From an uncultured Actinomycetes bacterium (GTDB lineage Bacteria > Actinomycetota > Thermoleophilia > Solirubrobacterales > Solirubrobacteraceae), in contig CAWJXY010000002.1 in assembly GCA_963846975.1 (NCBI GenBank), positions 14,166 through 78,165 on the forward strand: DNA of 64,000 bases, read 5' to 3'. The translations under genes were made by a program, and so were the position numbers. Each line of letters starts with the position of its first letter. Position 1 is the stretch's first letter. Positions 62,632-64,000 of the stretch are shown here, piece by piece. Under the pieces are notes generated by a model. It was not told the DNA's origin, did no database searches, and was given only the letters and a program-made list of their open reading frames with translations.

Positions 62632-62972
62632 CAGCCGCCGCCCTTCTTGGCCATCCGACGGCGGTAGACCCACTGGTCCATGTAGTAGCTCATCGGGATG
62701 TAGAAGCCGAGCATGACGATCCCGAAGATGAGCGTGACGCCCGGGTTCTGGTGGAACAGCAGCAGCAGCAGCGTCACGAAGATCAACGCCGCGATCCCGC
62801 CGCGCTGGATCGCGCCCTTCCACGTCGGCGGGATATCTCGGCGGTCGACCTTCGGGGCCTTGCTCGCCTTCTCGGTGGCCGTCGGCTTGCGTCCCGTGCG
62901 CCCGCGCGCCTCGACCTGCCCCACGGCGTTACCCCGGTGCTTGGTGCGGCGCTTGCGCTTGGTCTGAGCCAT
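62631..62972 (-). CDS. Small basic membrane protein (2 TM), function unknown
   Basis: Intact 113-aa ORF MAQTKRKRRTKHRGN...IAALIFVTLLLLLF...LIFGIVMLGFYIPMSYY. The stop overlaps the downstream ATG (ATGA). Confidence 0.5.
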   Translation of the reverse strand: MAQTKRKRRTKHRGNAVGQVEARGRTGRKPTATEKASKAPKVDRRDIPPTWKGAIQRGGIAALIFVTLLLLLFHQNPGVTLIFGIVMLGFYIPMSYYMDQWVYRRRMAKKGGG

Positions 62973-63038
62973 GACTACAGCCTAGATGGTTCATGCGTAC
63001 GCTTCGCGGATCAGCGCGCGACAACACAGGGGGAATCG

Positions 63039-63570
63039 ATGAGCACCGGACCGGACGATCCAACCGGAGCGGGCGGACCGCCTCCCGGCCCTGACGACCC
63101 CACGCGCCAGATGCCCTCGGCGCAGCCCGGCCAACCGCGCCCGCGCCAGCCGGGCGGGCCGCCCGGCGCCGGCGGACTGGGCGGTCCCGGCGATCCGGCT
63201 GGTCCCGGCGGTCCGATCGTCCCCCCGGCGAGCCGGTTGAGGTCGGTCGAGCCGGTCGCCGTCGTGCCGCCGGACGGCGGTGGCCCCGATACGCGCATCA
63301 TCATCGCCGCCGCAGTCGTCGCGGTGGCCCTGATCATCGGCATCGTGATCATCGTCGCCAACAACAACAACACCAAGACGAAGACCGTCCCGACGACGAT
63401 CAACAACACCAACGTCCACCCGACGCAGACCGACGACCGTCACCGCACCGCCGAAGACGATCACGAAGCCGGCGCAGACGGTCACGCAGCCGCCCCAGAC
63501 GATCACGCAGCCGGCCAAGACGGTCACGGCCCCGGCCGCGACGGTCACCGTTCCGGCGACCGCCCCCTAG
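63039..63570 (+). CDS. Pro/Gly-rich single-pass membrane protein with C-terminal heptad (TVTxPxx) repeats; one frame break ~63425
   Basis: AGGGGGAA Shine-Dalgarno sequence. MSTGPDDPTGAGGPPPGPDD..., TM IIIAAAVVAVALIIGIVIIV, then, after a frame change, TVTAPPKTITKPAQTVTQPPQTITQPAKTVTAPAATVTVPATAP*. Confidence 0.45.
63439..63564 (+). repeat. Six tandem 21-nt units (gtcacgcagccgccccagacg-like)
   Basis: Units start at 63439, 63460, 63481, 63502, 63523 and 63544. They alternate gtcac/atcac heads and encode the heptad repeats. Confidence 0.85.
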
Positions 63571-64000
63571 TTCCCAGCGCGTCCTCGACCGTGCGCCGGT
63601 TGCGCACGGTCAGGCCGCCGGGAAAGCCGTCGAACGCCGCCGCCGGGGCGAGCCCGACAAGCTCGCACTCGGCGATCGTCGGCATGACGCGCGACCGCAT
63701 CGACGACGGCCGCCAGCGGCGTCGCGCGGTGGTCCTCGACGTTGCACGAGACCTGGGCGACGGCGCCGCCGCGCGCGGCGAGCTCGAGCCCGATCGCGCG
63801 TAGGCCCGGCAGGCCTTCGGCGCCGCCGTCGCGGATCAGCGCAGCGATCCGCGCCGCGTCGGTCGCGGTCGCGGGCGGTGAGAGCTCGACGTTGAACGCG
63901 ACCAGCGGCGGCCGCGCCGCGACGAGCACCGCGCCGGCAGTCGGGTGCAGCGCGCCCGGGCCATAGTCGGGCGCCAGCTCGCCGGCCGCGACGCGGCGCG
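63567..64000 (-). CDS. Glutamate formimidoyltransferase-like (FTCD N-terminal domain) protein, 5' part beyond window; one frame break ~63680; 3' end uncertain
   Basis: ...ELAPDYGPGALHPTAGAVLVAARPPLVAFNVELS..., ...AQVSCNVEDHRATPLAAVVDAV... then ...MPTIAECELVGLAPAAAF... in another frame. Confidence 0.75.
   Translation of the reverse strand, partial: RRVAAGELAPDYGPGALHPTAGAVLVAARPPLVAFNVELSPPATATDAARIAALIRDGGAEGLPGLRAIGLELAARGGAVAQVSCNVEDHRATPLAAVVDAVARHADDRRVRACRARPGGGVRRLSRRPDRAQPAHGRGRAGN

Overview
Very GC-rich (about 70% by eye) bacterial chromosomal window with roughly 65 genes, mostly on the minus strand. Genes are tightly packed, and at least 17 junctions are 4-nt ATGA/GTGA start/stop overlaps. 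The housekeeping backbone is colinear with three Mycobacterium tuberculosis neighbourhoods, so an Actinomycetota-like origin is inferred. The three groups are tlyA-nadK-recN-steA-mctB-like...pyrG; aroC-aroK/B-aroQ-pepQ plus efp-nusB; and aroE-mltG-ruvX-alaS...aspS-hisS-MBL. An xseB-ispA-dxs operon is also present. Accessory content: (i) a complete secretin-less type IVa-like pilus gene set split in two clusters between aroE and aroC. One cluster holds pilA, three minor pilins, pilD, pilM/N/O and an extra gene (27.2-36.2 kb); the other holds pilB-pilT-pilC (46.6-51.2 kb). (ii) A 10-kb mixed block between the two pil clusters, with a RES/Xre-type toxin-antitoxin pair, an RTX-like secreted protein, an alkyl-sulfatase and a VWA protein. 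(iii) A 5-kb plus-strand block between pepQ and efp that encodes a secreted P-domain/thrombospondin-type-3-repeat protein. (iv) A circularly permuted ATP-grasp / alpha-E / transglutaminase operon followed by a chagasin(I42)-like gene. Non-coding signals: a Cheo-type SOS box before recN, a 143-nt near-perfect palindrome between nadK and recN, helically phased TGGAC repeats upstream of both pilin promoter regions, and a strong pilA terminator. Major caveat: several dozen reading-frame breaks interrupt conserved, essential genes. They are clustered: none in 13.5-23.6 kb, two in 41.7-54.4 kb, dense elsewhere. I read them as indel errors, so many CDS below are reconstructed by frame-hopping and their internal coordinates are approximate. 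No rRNA, tRNA, CRISPR array, transposase or integrase was recognised.
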